Positions 30,248-40,769 are shown, counted from the first letter of the stretch. The stretch is DNA of 64,000 nt from Bdellovibrionales bacterium CG12_big_fil_rev_8_21_14_0_65_38_15 (GCA_002787775.1 PCUW01000011.1:35898-99897); one strand, 5' to 3'. Numbers and translations: made by a program. The notes: a model not told the origin generated them from the sequence alone.

Positions 30248-32482
30248 TTGAGTGAAAAAGTCAGCGTTTACTATCTAGAACTACACCATCCTAAGGATGG
30301 TAAAAATAGATACAAAATTGATGGTCAAATCACAGTTGGAAGTGCTTCTAGCAATAATATCTATATCTCAGATCTGGATCTAGCTCCAAGACATTGTATC
30401 TTTCGAGTCCACCAAGAAATTCTCACCATTTTCCAAGTTGCTGAAACAGGCACTTCTAAAATTGGCTCTCAAGCTTTAGAAAATAGTCGCATGTATATTC
30501 TTGAAAAAGGCGACAAAGTTTTTTTACAAGATATAAAGTGCATCATTCGTGTTGAAAAAGAAGTTGTAGAGGAAGAAGACGATGAGGTTGAGGAAATAGA
30601 AGAACAGTCTATTGATGAAGACAAAACTGATGAAGGTTTTGAAGTTCCAAATCTGGATGAAGATGATATTGATGAGGATCTAGAAGAAGATGCCAAGGTT
30701 TCATTCTTCTCTAAATTGAAATCTAAACTCTTTAAGAAAAAAGAAATCATCGTAACTGATGACGAAATTGAAGAGGAAGAAGAAATATCAAAAGAAGAAA
30801 AAATGAAAGATTCAATCTATATTCCAAAAGCGGTTGTAGATAAAGAAGATAAGAAACCTGAAAAAAAGAAAAAGAAAAAAGAAAAAATCGATCGAAGCTC
30901 GATGCCAGCCTTTTTTGCCAGGATACTAGCATTTATTTGTGAAATTATTATTGCCTTTGCTTTCGTTTCAAACGTTGTTCCAATCCTAGAGCTATCAAGT
31001 CTCTACGAGCAATTATTTACAGATGTCTCACCTTTCGTTACCAAAGGGCTCGATTATATCTCTCCATACCTTGAAGATAAAATTTCTCTTTTATCGTTTA
31101 TCAATACTTTTAATTTTATTGCCATCTTTTCTACGTGGTTGGCATTAAATATTTTAAGTAATTTACTTCTTAGTGTGAATTATGGGCTAGCATTGATTTT
31201 TGTAAGGACGGAAGGCAATTTTGTAACGGCAAGAATTAAAGGTCTCATTCGTTTTATTTTAAGTCTTGTAACTTTACCATTTTTAATTTTTGACTCTCCT
31301 GCCTTAATTAAAAAAAGAACTCTAAAAGAAGTCCTTACAGCTAGTGAATTATCGTATCGCCATGGTTTATTGAAAATCTTTGGGAATTTTATTGTTCTTC
31401 CAATTATTACGATTGCTCTTGTCTTACTTCCTGCGATTCTTGAACCTGAATTACTAGAGGGACCTACAGTCAATCAAGACCTTGCCATTAAAGAACAGAA
31501 AACTGAAGTCGCTCTACAAACTCACCCACTGAGAAGTCTGCACGTTGCCATCAGCTTTGATCAAAATATAAAAAATGATTGGGCATATTCTCCTTTCATT
31601 AACGGAAAAAAAGAAAAAATAATCAGTGGTATGAGATTTATTCGATCTGTTGGCGAACGCATTGATGTTGTTTCAATTGGACCAATCACTAAAAGTCTGT
31701 TCCCAATTGAACTGATAAAAACGATTGCAAAGCTAGATCCTTTTTTCAAAAACAAATACCCTTCCCTATTTGAAAATCTTGATAAGCCAGATTTTAATAA
31801 AGAAAAAGATAGCGACGCTATGTCCTTATTTATTGATACCTTAAGTCTTAACCAAGAAACTCTGCCCAGATTTATAAGCGAAAGAGGGCCAACGCTAACT
31901 CCATATTTTGAATTAAAAAAATATCTAATGAATCAATTAAATATCCAAAACTCTAATGAGGTAAGTACTAAATTATTTGGAAATAAAAAAGTTATTGTGG
32001 TGTATCCAACAAATATTAGATCTGCGATGACTCTTATTTATGGCGCAGAACTTGTAACGATGAGCATTTCTTCTAGGCAAGGCGCCCGCCCAGCAATGGA
32101 AAAATTCTCTCGTGCCTTTCTTTCAAACGTGTCTCCTCTTTTAGACCAAGCTTCTGTAGATCCGGATCAGGCAAATAAGTGGACCGCTTTTGACTTTTTT
32201 GATTATTTTAACTCAAAGTCACCAAAGCCTCTGACTCCAGTCTCTCAATCTGCTCTTAAGAATTTCATGAATATGATTCTACTTCAGCGCCAAAATCACG
32301 CTTGGTCAGCTGAGACGATTGAGTCCGATTATCGAAAATCAATGGAAACTTTACAAGAAATGATTCAAGCCGATCAAGACCCATGGGCAAAAGCGATCTT
32401 TGATGCTATGAACGTGGACCAACCATTATGGCAAACACCACCGAGCACAGTAACACCTGATGCTCCAAATGAAGCAAACTAA
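30248..32482 (+). CDS. FHA-domain multi-pass membrane protein (744 aa)
   Basis: N-terminal FHA-like segment (ITVGSASSNNIYISDLDLAPRHCIF...LEKGDKVFLQDIKCII), Asp/Glu-rich then Lys-rich low-complexity region, 4-5 TM helices, and a ~350-aa unknown C-terminal region. TTG start. Confidence 0.65.
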   Translation: MSEKVSVYYLELHHPKDGKNRYKIDGQITVGSASSNNIYISDLDLAPRHCIFRVHQEILTIFQVAETGTSKIGSQALENSRMYILEKGDKVFLQDIKCIIRVEKEVVEEEDDEVEEIEEQSIDEDKTDEGFEVPNLDEDDIDEDLEEDAKVSFFSKLKSKLFKKKEIIVTDDEIEEEEEISKEEKMKDSIYIPKAVVDKEDKKPEKKKKKKEKIDRSSMPAFFARILAFICEIIIAFAFVSNVVPILELSSLYEQLFTDVSPFVTKGLDYISPYLEDKISLLSFINTFNFIAIFSTWLALNILSNLLLSVNYGLALIFVRTEGNFVTARIKGLIRFILSLVTLPFLIFDSPALIKKRTLKEVLTASELSYRHGLLKIFGNFIVLPIITIALVLLPAILEPELLEGPTVNQDLAIKEQKTEVALQTHPLRSLHVAISFDQNIKNDWAYSPFINGKKEKIISGMRFIRSVGERIDVVSIGPITKSLFPIELIKTIAKLDPFFKNKYPSLFENLDKPDFNKEKDSDAMSLFIDTLSLNQETLPRFISERGPTLTPYFELKKYLMNQLNIQNSNEVSTKLFGNKKVIVVYPTNIRSAMTLIYGAELVTMSISSRQGARPAMEKFSRAFLSNVSPLLDQASVDPDQANKWTAFDFFDYFNSKSPKPLTPVSQSALKNFMNMILLQRQNHAWSAETIESDYRKSMETLQEMIQADQDPWAKAIFDAMNVDQPLWQTPPSTVTPDAPNEAN

Positions 32483-32491
32483 AGAAAGCTT

Positions 32492-33631
32492 ATGAAAATT
32501 CAAGATCAAGTTAAAGAGCATTTTAAGTTTAAAGTCGTCCATGAGGACAAGAACTCGGGAGCCAGAGCCGGAGTGATTACTACTCCTCATGGAGATATCC
32601 CTACTCCTGTCTTTATGCCTGTTGGAACTCACGGCGCTATTAAAGCTCTACAAATGAAAGAAATGATAGAGATGGATGTTAAAGTCCTACTATCGAACAC
32701 ATACCATCTTCATTTAACTCCAGGCTCAGACCTCGTCGCTAAGGCCGGAGGGCTTCACAAATGGATGGCTTGGGATCGCCCGATTCTTACTGACTCAGGT
32801 GGATTTCAAGTTTTCAGTCTTCAAAAAAAGAGTATCAAAGAAGAGGGAGCAGAGTTTCGTGATCAAGATGGGAAAACAGTCTTGCTCACGCCAGAAACTT
32901 CTATTGGGATTCAACAAAATCTAGGTTCAGACATCATGATGGCCTTTGACGAATGTATTCCATATCCAGCAACTCGTCAGTACGTTAAAACTTCTATTGA
33001 TAGAACTCACCGTTGGCTTGATCGTTGTATCAATGCTTGGACTAACCCTAAGCAAGCCTTGTTTGGTATTATCCAAGGCTCTGAGTTTGATGATTATCGT
33101 AAAGAATGCCTTGAAGAGCTTGTTGCCCGTGATCTTCCTGGCTATGCCATTGGTGGAGTCTCTGTTGGAGAGGGTCCTGATGTCATGGAGAAGGTTGTAA
33201 AGTACACCGCTCCACTCATGCCAAAGGATAAACCTCGCTATGTTATGGGCGTTGGTAATCCTGAAGATTTATTTATGCTATGGGAACACGGCGTAGATAT
33301 GAGTGACTGTATCATTCCAACTAAGTTTGCTCGTGGTGGAACACTCTTCACTAACCGAGGCAAGATCAGAATTAAGCACAGAAATTATCGTAGAGACTTC
33401 TATCCTGTTGAGCCAAATTGCTCATGCTATGGCTGTCAGAACTTAACTCGTAGTTATATAAAGCATTTATTTGATTCAAACGAGATTTTAGGCGCCATTC
33501 TAGCAACAGCTCATAATATTGCTTTTTACAAGTCTTTGGCAGACCGTGCTCGTGAAGCCATTTTACAAGACCGATACTTAGATTTTAAAAAAGAGTTTCT
33601 AGAACAGTACCTAAAAGAAGGGCATAACTAA
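32492..33631 (+). CDS. tgt: Queuine tRNA-ribosyltransferase
   Basis: 379 aa: TPVFMPVGT, LTDSGGFQ, MAFDEC, and a CSCYGC...H zinc site. Confidence 0.95.
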   Translation: MKIQDQVKEHFKFKVVHEDKNSGARAGVITTPHGDIPTPVFMPVGTHGAIKALQMKEMIEMDVKVLLSNTYHLHLTPGSDLVAKAGGLHKWMAWDRPILTDSGGFQVFSLQKKSIKEEGAEFRDQDGKTVLLTPETSIGIQQNLGSDIMMAFDECIPYPATRQYVKTSIDRTHRWLDRCINAWTNPKQALFGIIQGSEFDDYRKECLEELVARDLPGYAIGGVSVGEGPDVMEKVVKYTAPLMPKDKPRYVMGVGNPEDLFMLWEHGVDMSDCIIPTKFARGGTLFTNRGKIRIKHRNYRRDFYPVEPNCSCYGCQNLTRSYIKHLFDSNEILGAILATAHNIAFYKSLADRAREAILQDRYLDFKKEFLEQYLKEGHN

Positions 33632-33651
33632 ATTAGCTATGCCCAGCATTT

Positions 33652-34770
33652 TTAGAGTTTTGATTCGATAGCGAGGGATAAAATTTTCGTTAACTTTTCC
33701 AAATCATTTTTCGAAATATTATGAAAGAGAGCAATTCTAAATTGATTTCGACCTAGTTTTCTATAAGCATCAATACCGTATACAATTTTGTCTTTTTCAA
33801 GCTTATCTATAAGTGGATTCACATCAACTTTATCGTCAACATCGATCGTTGCAACGGCAATAGAGCGATACTTCTCTTCTTGGATAAAGCATGAAAGATA
33901 AGACTTCTCATTCGCCCAACCATAAAGAAGGTCTGCTTTTTCTTGTGCCTGTTTTATAACAGTTTCATAACCAAGCTTATTCATGAGCTTTACTTGCTCA
34001 TTAAGAATATAGATCGTGCTAATCGCAGGTGTATTATAGGTTTGGGCCTTGTCAGAATTATCAATGCATAGGTCCCATCTCATTATATCTGGAATATAGC
34101 GTGACTTATCTGCAGCGATTTTTAAAGCGCGAGCTCTGGCTTTTGGAGAAAGGATCGCAACAAAGAATCCGCCATCACTAGCAAAAACTTTTTGTGGTGA
34201 AAAGAAATAGACATCTGTTTTCGAAACATCACATGGAACTTGTCCACCACCCGAGGTCGCATCAACCATTAAAAGCTGATCTGCGCCAACTGTTGGGAAA
34301 CTATCAATCTGTACACCCGTTGAAGTTTCATTAAGAGTACAAGCAATAACATCAGCGCCAGCTACTGCTGTCGGAGTGATCCCTTGTCCCGCAGGAACTT
34401 CGATTTTTTCAGTTTCGATCCATGGAACTTTCTTAGAAGCTTTAAACCATTTATCCGAAAATTCACCACAAACAAAATGCACAGCTTTCTTTTCAACCAT
34501 TCCAAGAGCGAGCATATCAAAAAGAAAAGTTGCTCCACCGTTTCCAATGGCAACAGTAAAGTCTTTTGGTAATTTGAAGTACTGGCGAAGTCCGTCTTGC
34601 ATCTCACCAACAACATCTCTTACGGCTTTTTTACGGTGACTGGTTCCCATAAGATGAGCACCCGTCTTTGCCAAAGACTCTAAGAATTCAACAGGAACAA
34701 GAGATGGACCTGAACCAAAACGTGGGTCAGATGGAATGAGATCACTTGGAACTTTGAAATCTTCAAACAT
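33652..34770 (-). CDS. serC: Phosphoserine aminotransferase (short, actinobacterial-type)
   Basis: From ATG 34770: MFEDFKVPSDLIPSDPRFGSGPS...HRKK...SPQKVF (PLP-Lys context). The 35-codon upstream extension in the track has no homologous look. Confidence 0.8.
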   Translation of the reverse strand: MFEDFKVPSDLIPSDPRFGSGPSLVPVEFLESLAKTGAHLMGTSHRKKAVRDVVGEMQDGLRQYFKLPKDFTVAIGNGGATFLFDMLALGMVEKKAVHFVCGEFSDKWFKASKKVPWIETEKIEVPAGQGITPTAVAGADVIACTLNETSTGVQIDSFPTVGADQLLMVDATSGGGQVPCDVSKTDVYFFSPQKVFASDGGFFVAILSPKARARALKIAADKSRYIPDIMRWDLCIDNSDKAQTYNTPAISTIYILNEQVKLMNKLGYETVIKQAQEKADLLYGWANEKSYLSCFIQEEKYRSIAVATIDVDDKVDVNPLIDKLEKDKIVYGIDAYRKLGRNQFRIALFHNISKNDLEKLTKILSLAIESKL

Positions 34771-34922
34771 GGCATTTCCTTTAAGTGTTATAAAGTGTCG
34801 GTTGCCAATATCGTAACTCTTCAAAAAGAAACCGTACACAGGCAATCTCGTGCGTTTTGTGCTCGACACCTGCATCTAGGCTTGTTTCAATAGATTTTTG
34901 AAAGACAATTCAAAGGATAATT

Positions 34923-35516
34923 ATGAATGCCCGATTATTTTGCACAGTTATCGGCTTATTTTTTTGCACCTCGCTTCACGCTTTTGTCCAAGGCTGGTCG
35001 GATTTTGTCATGGGCGCAGGTAACTTAACTCATCAAGCTGGAAAGTATGCAAGCGATGTTGGAAGTGTAAGTTACTTTGAATTTAGACCGCTTTTCACAG
35101 CAAGTTATCGCTATGAATACTCTCCAGAATTTAGTTTTATTCCTGAAGTTGGTATTACACTTCCTGAAACCAGTGATGATGAAACATCATCAACTCTCTA
35201 CTCATTTTTAAATGCACCAATTGCTTATCATTACGGCGATTGGACCTTTCGTTTTGGTCCAGGCTTTTTCTTCACTCGCATTAGTGGAAACGGTGGAACA
35301 CTTCGATTACAAAACGGTAACACTACAGATGAATTTCCTGTTCCCAATGGATCGGCAACGACAAGAAATTTAACTTGGAACCTAGGCGCACAGACAAATT
35401 TCGATAAAGACTGGAGTGCAAGGTTTGATGTCTCTATTTTAAAATTATTTGATAGTGAAAAAAGAGCCATGAATCATGTCCTAACGTTGAATTATCATTT
35501 TGGGTCAATCTTATGA
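34923..35516 (+). CDS. Small outer-membrane beta-barrel-like protein (tentative)
   Basis: Signal peptide, and alternating aromatic/hydrophilic strands. 197 aa. Overlaps the next gene by 4 nt (ATGA). Confidence 0.45.
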   Translation: MNARLFCTVIGLFFCTSLHAFVQGWSDFVMGAGNLTHQAGKYASDVGSVSYFEFRPLFTASYRYEYSPEFSFIPEVGITLPETSDDETSSTLYSFLNAPIAYHYGDWTFRFGPGFFFTRISGNGGTLRLQNGNTTDEFPVPNGSATTRNLTWNLGAQTNFDKDWSARFDVSILKLFDSEKRAMNHVLTLNYHFGSIL

Positions 35517-36292
35517 AAAAATTACTTTTTGCATTTCTTTTTTTAAGTCTCTCTGCATACTCATTCACCTTGAATAATGGTGCTGGCGCGGCTTTTAAAA
35601 AAGATGTAATCAAGGTCAATGTTGCTGCCCACACGTGTACGAATATTGGTGTCACAAATAGTGAACTTCTCTCTATTGCTGAAGAAGCTGTGAATTTATT
35701 TTGGAACCGTGTTGCGACTTCAAAACTTGAAATGATTGGCGGATCTATCGTCACAGTCGCCTCTGATTTTCAAACGGGTCAAGTTTGTACAGGTTCAACA
35801 TCAAACTGTTCTCCTACTCCTGCCTTAGTCGTTTCAAGTGATATTTTGATTTCATGTAATACCAACGCAGCAAACTATTCTGGATCAAATGAAGTGCTTG
35901 GAGTGACTGTTCCAAATAATATTTCTGGCGCTGAAATTAAAGGAGCATTAGTGCTCGTTAATGATCAGGCCGGAAACAGTTTTGAAAACAAACCCCATGC
36001 GGCCAAGGTTTCTATTATTGCACACGAAATTGGTCATGCCCTGGGGCTTGGTCACTCACCCTTTAGAGAAGCTTTAATGTACGCGCAATTTGTAGAAGGT
36101 CGTGATCGTTTAGCGAGAGACGATATGAATGGCATTACCTGGCTATATCCTGAGGAAGAGCCAGATTTAGGAATATGTGGGAGCGTTGATCTTGATGGTC
36201 ATGGACAAGGTTCACCCTTATCAATGCTATCAGGTCTTTTGATTGGTTTTGTTCTTATTGTTTATGGACGAAAGCTTCTACCACGTTTTTGA
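35513..36292 (+). CDS. Matrixin-like (M10 metzincin) zinc protease with C-terminal hydrophobic anchor
   Basis: [12 protein letters not shown] (HExxHxxGxxH) plus a Met-turn candidate ALMYA. Signal peptide present. The C-terminus is a TM helix plus a basic tail ([18 protein letters not shown]). Confidence 0.75.
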   Translation: MKKLLFAFLFLSLSAYSFTLNNGAGAAFKKDVIKVNVAAHTCTNIGVTNSELLSIAEEAVNLFWNRVATSKLEMIGGSIVTVASDFQTGQVCTGSTSNCSPTPALVVSSDILISCNTNAANYSGSNEVLGVTVPNNISGAEIKGALVLVNDQAGNSFENKPHAAKVSIIAHEIGHALGLGHSPFREALMYAQFVEGRDRLARDDMNGITWLYPEEEPDLGICGSVDLDGHGQGSPLSMLSGLLIGFVLIVYGRKLLPRF

Positions 36293-37944
36293 CATTCAGC
36301 TTCGTATTCCATAAACCACTGAATCTCTTCTTGATTCATAAGAGTCTTCTCGATTAAGTCGAGATCAAAACCTATCCATACCAGTGGTCTAAATCTTAGC
36401 ATTCCCTTAAAGGTTGGATGCTTTTCTACAACGGCGATATTTTCAAGTCGTACTCCACCAAAGCCTGGAATATAAATACCAGGCTCAATCGAACCTACAC
36501 GACCGGCATAAAGAGGAACTTGTGATAATGGAGTCACTGAATAACCGGCTTCATGAACATTAATTCCTACGCCGTGACCAGTGCCGTGAGCAAAGTCGTA
36601 TCCCATTCTTCTCATTGGTGCACGTGCCAAAGAATCGATAGCTTGTCCTCTTGTTCCTTCAGGAAACACAGCATTTTGAGCTTGAAGAAGTCCTTTTAAA
36701 ACTAAAGTATAAACTTCTTTATGCTTGGCCGTTGTTTGTCCCATAGGGAGTATCGTTCGAGTCGTATCAGTCGCTAGTCCGCCCTCAAAAAAAGCACCTG
36801 AATCTAAAAGAGCGAACTCTCCTTCTTCCCAGTTCTTTTCTTTTGATGGAGTTCCATAGTGCATAATAGAAGAGTTCGCCCCAAAGCCAGAAATCGTTCT
36901 AAAACTTTGAGAGATCGCTCCCATCTCATTATAAAAAATCGATGTTTGATCATTCCATTCTTTTTCTGTGACTGAGCGTTGTTTGACCGTCTCTTTTAGC
37001 CAGCACAGAGTCTTGAAAATTGCTTGATCACCTAGATCAAAGGAATTCTCCATCACTTTAATTTCTGTATCGTTTTTCTTAGCTTGCTCTAAAATCAAAC
37101 TTCCATCGCGTTCTTCTATCTCAAGGTTAAAACTTAGGATCGTTTCATAGTCTGCAACGTTCGTTACACTTGGATAGATGATTACTTTTCTAAGTATTGA
37201 TGTATCAACAGCACTTAAATCTTTTAAAATAGTAAATTTATTTTTAACTTGATCGCTCAGCTTTGCACCTTGATCTGGAATGAGACTAAGGTGAGTATGA
37301 GTAGCAAAAGCCTGGACTCTTGAAGTCGACTGGAATGGGAGTTGATAGCCCCTTGAATTCGAAATCCAAGACACACTATCAAGAGTAGAAATAAAGAGTC
37401 CTTCACCTGGTTTACAAAGACGTTGAAGCTTACTTTGAACACTTTCACCGCAAAGCTTATCATCAATGAGGTTCATCTCTCCCATGATTGGAGCACTTCC
37501 AAATTCAACTTCTTTTAAATCGGCTGCGCTTAAAACTGTAATGTCACAAATTTTTTGCAGCTCTCTCCAAGGACCAACGCCAAAACGCTCCCCTTCGATC
37601 GCTATCTTTTTAAAACCACTTTGAACGATAAAATCTTTTAAGGCTTGAAAATTTGAAACACCATAAGGGCATTTTTCAACATCAACGATATCAAGATGGC
37701 ATTGTTTGTCGGCCTGTTCGTGGTAGCGACCATCAACAAATAATCTAGCTTTCCCCTTAAGAGGTAAAATGGAATCGGCAACTGATCCTTTAAATCCAGT
37801 GATGTCATGACGATGGCAATCTTCTAAAGGGACATACTCATTGAGGTGACGATCAAAAGAAGTCACTACAATCGCTTCAAGCTGCTTTTGCTCTAAAATG
37901 CGACGTAATTGGGACTGAATTTTTTCAACTTGAGCCTTTTCCAT
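36262..37944 (-). CDS. M24-family Xaa-Pro aminopeptidase (long form with creatinase-like N-domains)
   Basis: C-terminal pita-bread motifs ([26 protein letters not shown]). Start placed at ATG 37944 with a GAGGA SD; the track ORF extends 53 codons further. Confidence 0.85.
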   Translation of the reverse strand: MEKAQVEKIQSQLRRILEQKQLEAIVVTSFDRHLNEYVPLEDCHRHDITGFKGSVADSILPLKGKARLFVDGRYHEQADKQCHLDIVDVEKCPYGVSNFQALKDFIVQSGFKKIAIEGERFGVGPWRELQKICDITVLSAADLKEVEFGSAPIMGEMNLIDDKLCGESVQSKLQRLCKPGEGLFISTLDSVSWISNSRGYQLPFQSTSRVQAFATHTHLSLIPDQGAKLSDQVKNKFTILKDLSAVDTSILRKVIIYPSVTNVADYETILSFNLEIEERDGSLILEQAKKNDTEIKVMENSFDLGDQAIFKTLCWLKETVKQRSVTEKEWNDQTSIFYNEMGAISQSFRTISGFGANSSIMHYGTPSKEKNWEEGEFALLDSGAFFEGGLATDTTRTILPMGQTTAKHKEVYTLVLKGLLQAQNAVFPEGTRGQAIDSLARAPMRRMGYDFAHGTGHGVGINVHEAGYSVTPLSQVPLYAGRVGSIEPGIYIPGFGGVRLENIAVVEKHPTFKGMLRFRPLVWIGFDLDLIEKTLMNQEEIQWFMEYEAECQKRGRSFRP

Positions 37945-38047
37945 ACTGATCCTCAATTTATTTTCGTGAAATGTACCAAAATCCTCAAGTCTTAGGCAAA
38001 AGTATCCGATATCAGGTTGTGGTATCAATAAAAAGGAGTCTAGAGAC

Positions 38048-38179
38048 ATGAAAATTAGTCTCAAAGTGGTTGTTTTTGCAATTTTAGCGGTCTTTGTGGT
38101 CAAGATTTCAGTCGCTGACTCATGGAATGCTAAGAAAACATCTAAAGTGACTCAACGAAGTCTATCGAGCATTTACTAG
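38048..38179 (+). CDS. Candidate small ORF (43 aa), signal-peptide/TM-like
   Basis: Below the track threshold. AAGGAG SD 8 nt before the ATG. Product is MKISLKVVVFAILAVFVVKISVADSWNAKKTSKVTQRSLSSIY. The 3' end overlaps the convergent murD stop by 18 nt. Confidence 0.3.
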   Translation: MKISLKVVVFAILAVFVVKISVADSWNAKKTSKVTQRSLSSIY

Positions 38180-39517
38180 ATTTTTGAATCGATCCCCTCG
38201 TTCACTATAGCTTTTAAAGCTATCAAATGACGGAAATGCCGGCGAAAACAGAAGTACACCTTTTCCATCCCAAGATTCCAAAATCAAATCAAAATCTTCT
38301 GCCACACTTAAGTCTGTAAAGAGTTCTGTCATCGGCTCATTAAATTTCTGGGCAAACTCTCCAAACAAAATCAATTCGATCTTATAATGTTTTAACCTAT
38401 CAATCGTATCTGTATCTGGAAGATCATTTTCTCCACGACACTTTCCACCTACAACCAGAGTTATCTTCTTTGTCGACCACTTCTCATCACTTCGAACTGA
38501 CTTAATGGCCATAAGAGTACTCGCCCAGTTCGTACTTTTTGAATCATTTAAAATTAAGCTCGATTCACTTTCAAAGATTTTCTCTAATCGGTGGTGAACA
38601 CCTTCAAATGAATCGATGACATTTTGGATGGCCGTCGCTTCGACAGCTGCAGCTTGAGCTAAGCGAGTAGCAAAAGCTAAGTTGACTAAATTATGATGTC
38701 CAAAAGGTTTAAACTGAGAAATTAATAAGTCATCAAAATGGAGACTATCCGGATCTATTCTCTCCCAAAACCATGCTCCTTTCTTTACAACTTTTTCAGT
38801 CCAAGTATCATTTTCCAAACTTAGAAAAAGATCTCCAGCACCAAGTCGATTAACGATATTTGCTTTGGCTTGGGCATAATAACGAATTTTTTGGTAGCGC
38901 TCCCCATGGCTTGGACTAATATTTAAAATGGCACAGGCATGGGGTCTAAATTGATCTAGACTCTCAAGCTGAAAGCTAGAAAGTTCTAAAATGATAGTTT
39001 TTGGAAAAGACTCGTCGCTGAAGCGACCCTCTACAAATTTTACAGCTAAATCACTTAAAGGTGTTCCGATGTTTCCACCAACAAAATATGGTCGTCCATC
39101 ACTTTCAAGCATTTGAGCTACCATCGTAACCGTTGTTGTTTTTCCATTCGTACCTGTGATGGCCAACCATTTGGTCGAAGTAAAAGCACGACTTAAAAGC
39201 CTAAAGCTCAGCTCTATTTCATTCCAGATCGGAGTACCTTCTTGATTGGCCTGTAATAAAACTTGATGATCCCTAGGGATACCTGGGCTTAATAAAATAA
39301 GATCACATTCAGCTAAGGCATTTGAAGCGCCTGCGTCTGATTGTTCATAGAAGGTATGGTTTCCTTCAAGATGTTCTTTGGATTGGTTAACGACACAAAT
39401 CTCACAGCCCAGTACCTGTGCCAATTTAAAGGCAGAGCGGCCTGATACTCCAAGACCAAAAATACCAATTTTTGCTCCTCTAAGACTATCTAGACTGGCG
39501 AAATCGATGCCCTTCAC
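38162..39517 (-). CDS. murD: UDP-N-acetylmuramoylalanine--D-glutamate ligase
   Basis: 451 aa: GLGVSGRS, ITGTNGKTTT (P-loop), and Mur-ligase middle and C domains. GTG start. Confidence 0.9.
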   Translation of the reverse strand: MKGIDFASLDSLRGAKIGIFGLGVSGRSAFKLAQVLGCEICVVNQSKEHLEGNHTFYEQSDAGASNALAECDLILLSPGIPRDHQVLLQANQEGTPIWNEIELSFRLLSRAFTSTKWLAITGTNGKTTTVTMVAQMLESDGRPYFVGGNIGTPLSDLAVKFVEGRFSDESFPKTIILELSSFQLESLDQFRPHACAILNISPSHGERYQKIRYYAQAKANIVNRLGAGDLFLSLENDTWTEKVVKKGAWFWERIDPDSLHFDDLLISQFKPFGHHNLVNLAFATRLAQAAAVEATAIQNVIDSFEGVHHRLEKIFESESSLILNDSKSTNWASTLMAIKSVRSDEKWSTKKITLVVGGKCRGENDLPDTDTIDRLKHYKIELILFGEFAQKFNEPMTELFTDLSVAEDFDLILESWDGKGVLLFSPAFPSFDSFKSYSERGDRFKNLVNAR

Positions 39518-39530
39518 TTATAAACTCTCC

Positions 39531-40769
39531 ATGCTATTAAGCTTACAAGACCATTATAACGAATTATTAGAGATTTTGCGCGACAATCGTCATTGTTGGG
39601 AGCAAGAAGTCTTAAATTTCTATCCTGCTTCTATTGATTCAGCTCCTAGAGAATGGATGGAAGCCTTATCTGGATTGAGTTTTGATCAATTATGGCTAAT
39701 GGATTCTAAACAAGATTTTAGTTTTTTAGCGATCAAAGGAATGCGTCAATGCTTTGAAAAACTTGAACTTTTAACCGCCCTGCCTACAAAAGTTATTCCA
39801 GTTTCACCTGAGTTTAACCAGGCCGATGCTTTTTTTGGTGTTAAAGAAAAAAAACGTCATGAAATTCAACGAATAGCACCTGTGATCAAAGATCTAAAAA
39901 ATCAGATTCAGTTCAAGCGCATGATTGATATTGGCGGTGGTCAAGGCCACCTTGGTCGAGTTGTGTCTAAACATTTCGGTGTCGAAACACTAAGTGTAGA
40001 TCGTGATCCTCAGCTTTTGCAGCAAGGACGAAAAAATGTCGATCGCTTAAAACATAGAGTCATGCCAGATGGCGCGGCTTCAATGGAATTCGCTCAAATC
40101 AATATTCAAGAAAATGAGCCTGCGCCTGATTGCTTTAATCATGAATCTTTTATTCTAGGCCTTCATACCTGCGGTGATTTAGCTTGGCATCTTATGGACT
40201 ATACTGATCAAGCGAAGTCAAAAGGACTTTTAAGTTTTGGTTGCTGTTATAACAAAATGAAAGTTTCAAAGGATGGATTCGCTCATTTTGGGCCGGCCGA
40301 GCTGCCGCTGGATCAACATACTTTAACACTTGCAACTCGCGGTCATAGAAGTGCTTCAAGAAGTGCTTTTGATCTTAAACTTCAAGTCAAACGCCACCGC
40401 TATGCTCTTCATTTATTTCACTATCATGAACGGAATATAAAAAGATTTTATCCCATGGGTGAAACTCATCCCAGAGAGTATCAAGGTGCCTTTAGTGAAT
40501 ATGCTCTGCCAAGATTAGAAGCCTATCAAATAAGTGCGACTAAAGATGAACTTGAAGAGTTTTATGAAAAGGATTGGGTGGTCGCTCTTTATAAGAAGAT
40601 GCTTTGTGCAAATCTTATACGTTGGCAGTTTGGCCGCGCGCTAGAAATGTTTATCCTCTTAGATAGAGCAATCAAACTGTCCAAAATGGGTTTAGAAGTT
40701 GAGTTAGCCACCTATTTTGATGAAAGCCTGTCTCCAAGAAATATTGGTATTCTTGCCATTCGAAAATAA
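39531..40769 (+). CDS. SAM-dependent methyltransferase (Methyltransf_32 / METTL25-like)
   Basis: DIGGGQGHLGR (motif I) and GLHTCGDL. Start placed at ATG 39531; the track start 39378 would overlap murD by 140 nt. Confidence 0.65.
   Translation: MLLSLQDHYNELLEILRDNRHCWEQEVLNFYPASIDSAPREWMEALSGLSFDQLWLMDSKQDFSFLAIKGMRQCFEKLELLTALPTKVIPVSPEFNQADAFFGVKEKKRHEIQRIAPVIKDLKNQIQFKRMIDIGGGQGHLGRVVSKHFGVETLSVDRDPQLLQQGRKNVDRLKHRVMPDGAASMEFAQINIQENEPAPDCFNHESFILGLHTCGDLAWHLMDYTDQAKSKGLLSFGCCYNKMKVSKDGFAHFGPAELPLDQHTLTLATRGHRSASRSAFDLKLQVKRHRYALHLFHYHERNIKRFYPMGETHPREYQGAFSEYALPRLEAYQISATKDELEEFYEKDWVVALYKKMLCANLIRWQFGRALEMFILLDRAIKLSKMGLEVELATYFDESLSPRNIGILAIRK

Noticed and set aside
39378-39530. N-terminal extension of the methyltransferase ORF overlapping murD by 140 nt. 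Similar upstream extensions occur in the serC (34771-34875), pepP-like (37945-38103), carD (4829-4888) and MAPEG ORFs.
   Set aside because: The extensions have no homologous look, and internal ATG/GTG codons preceded by SD sequences give N-termini that match the families. I shortened these calls accordingly.
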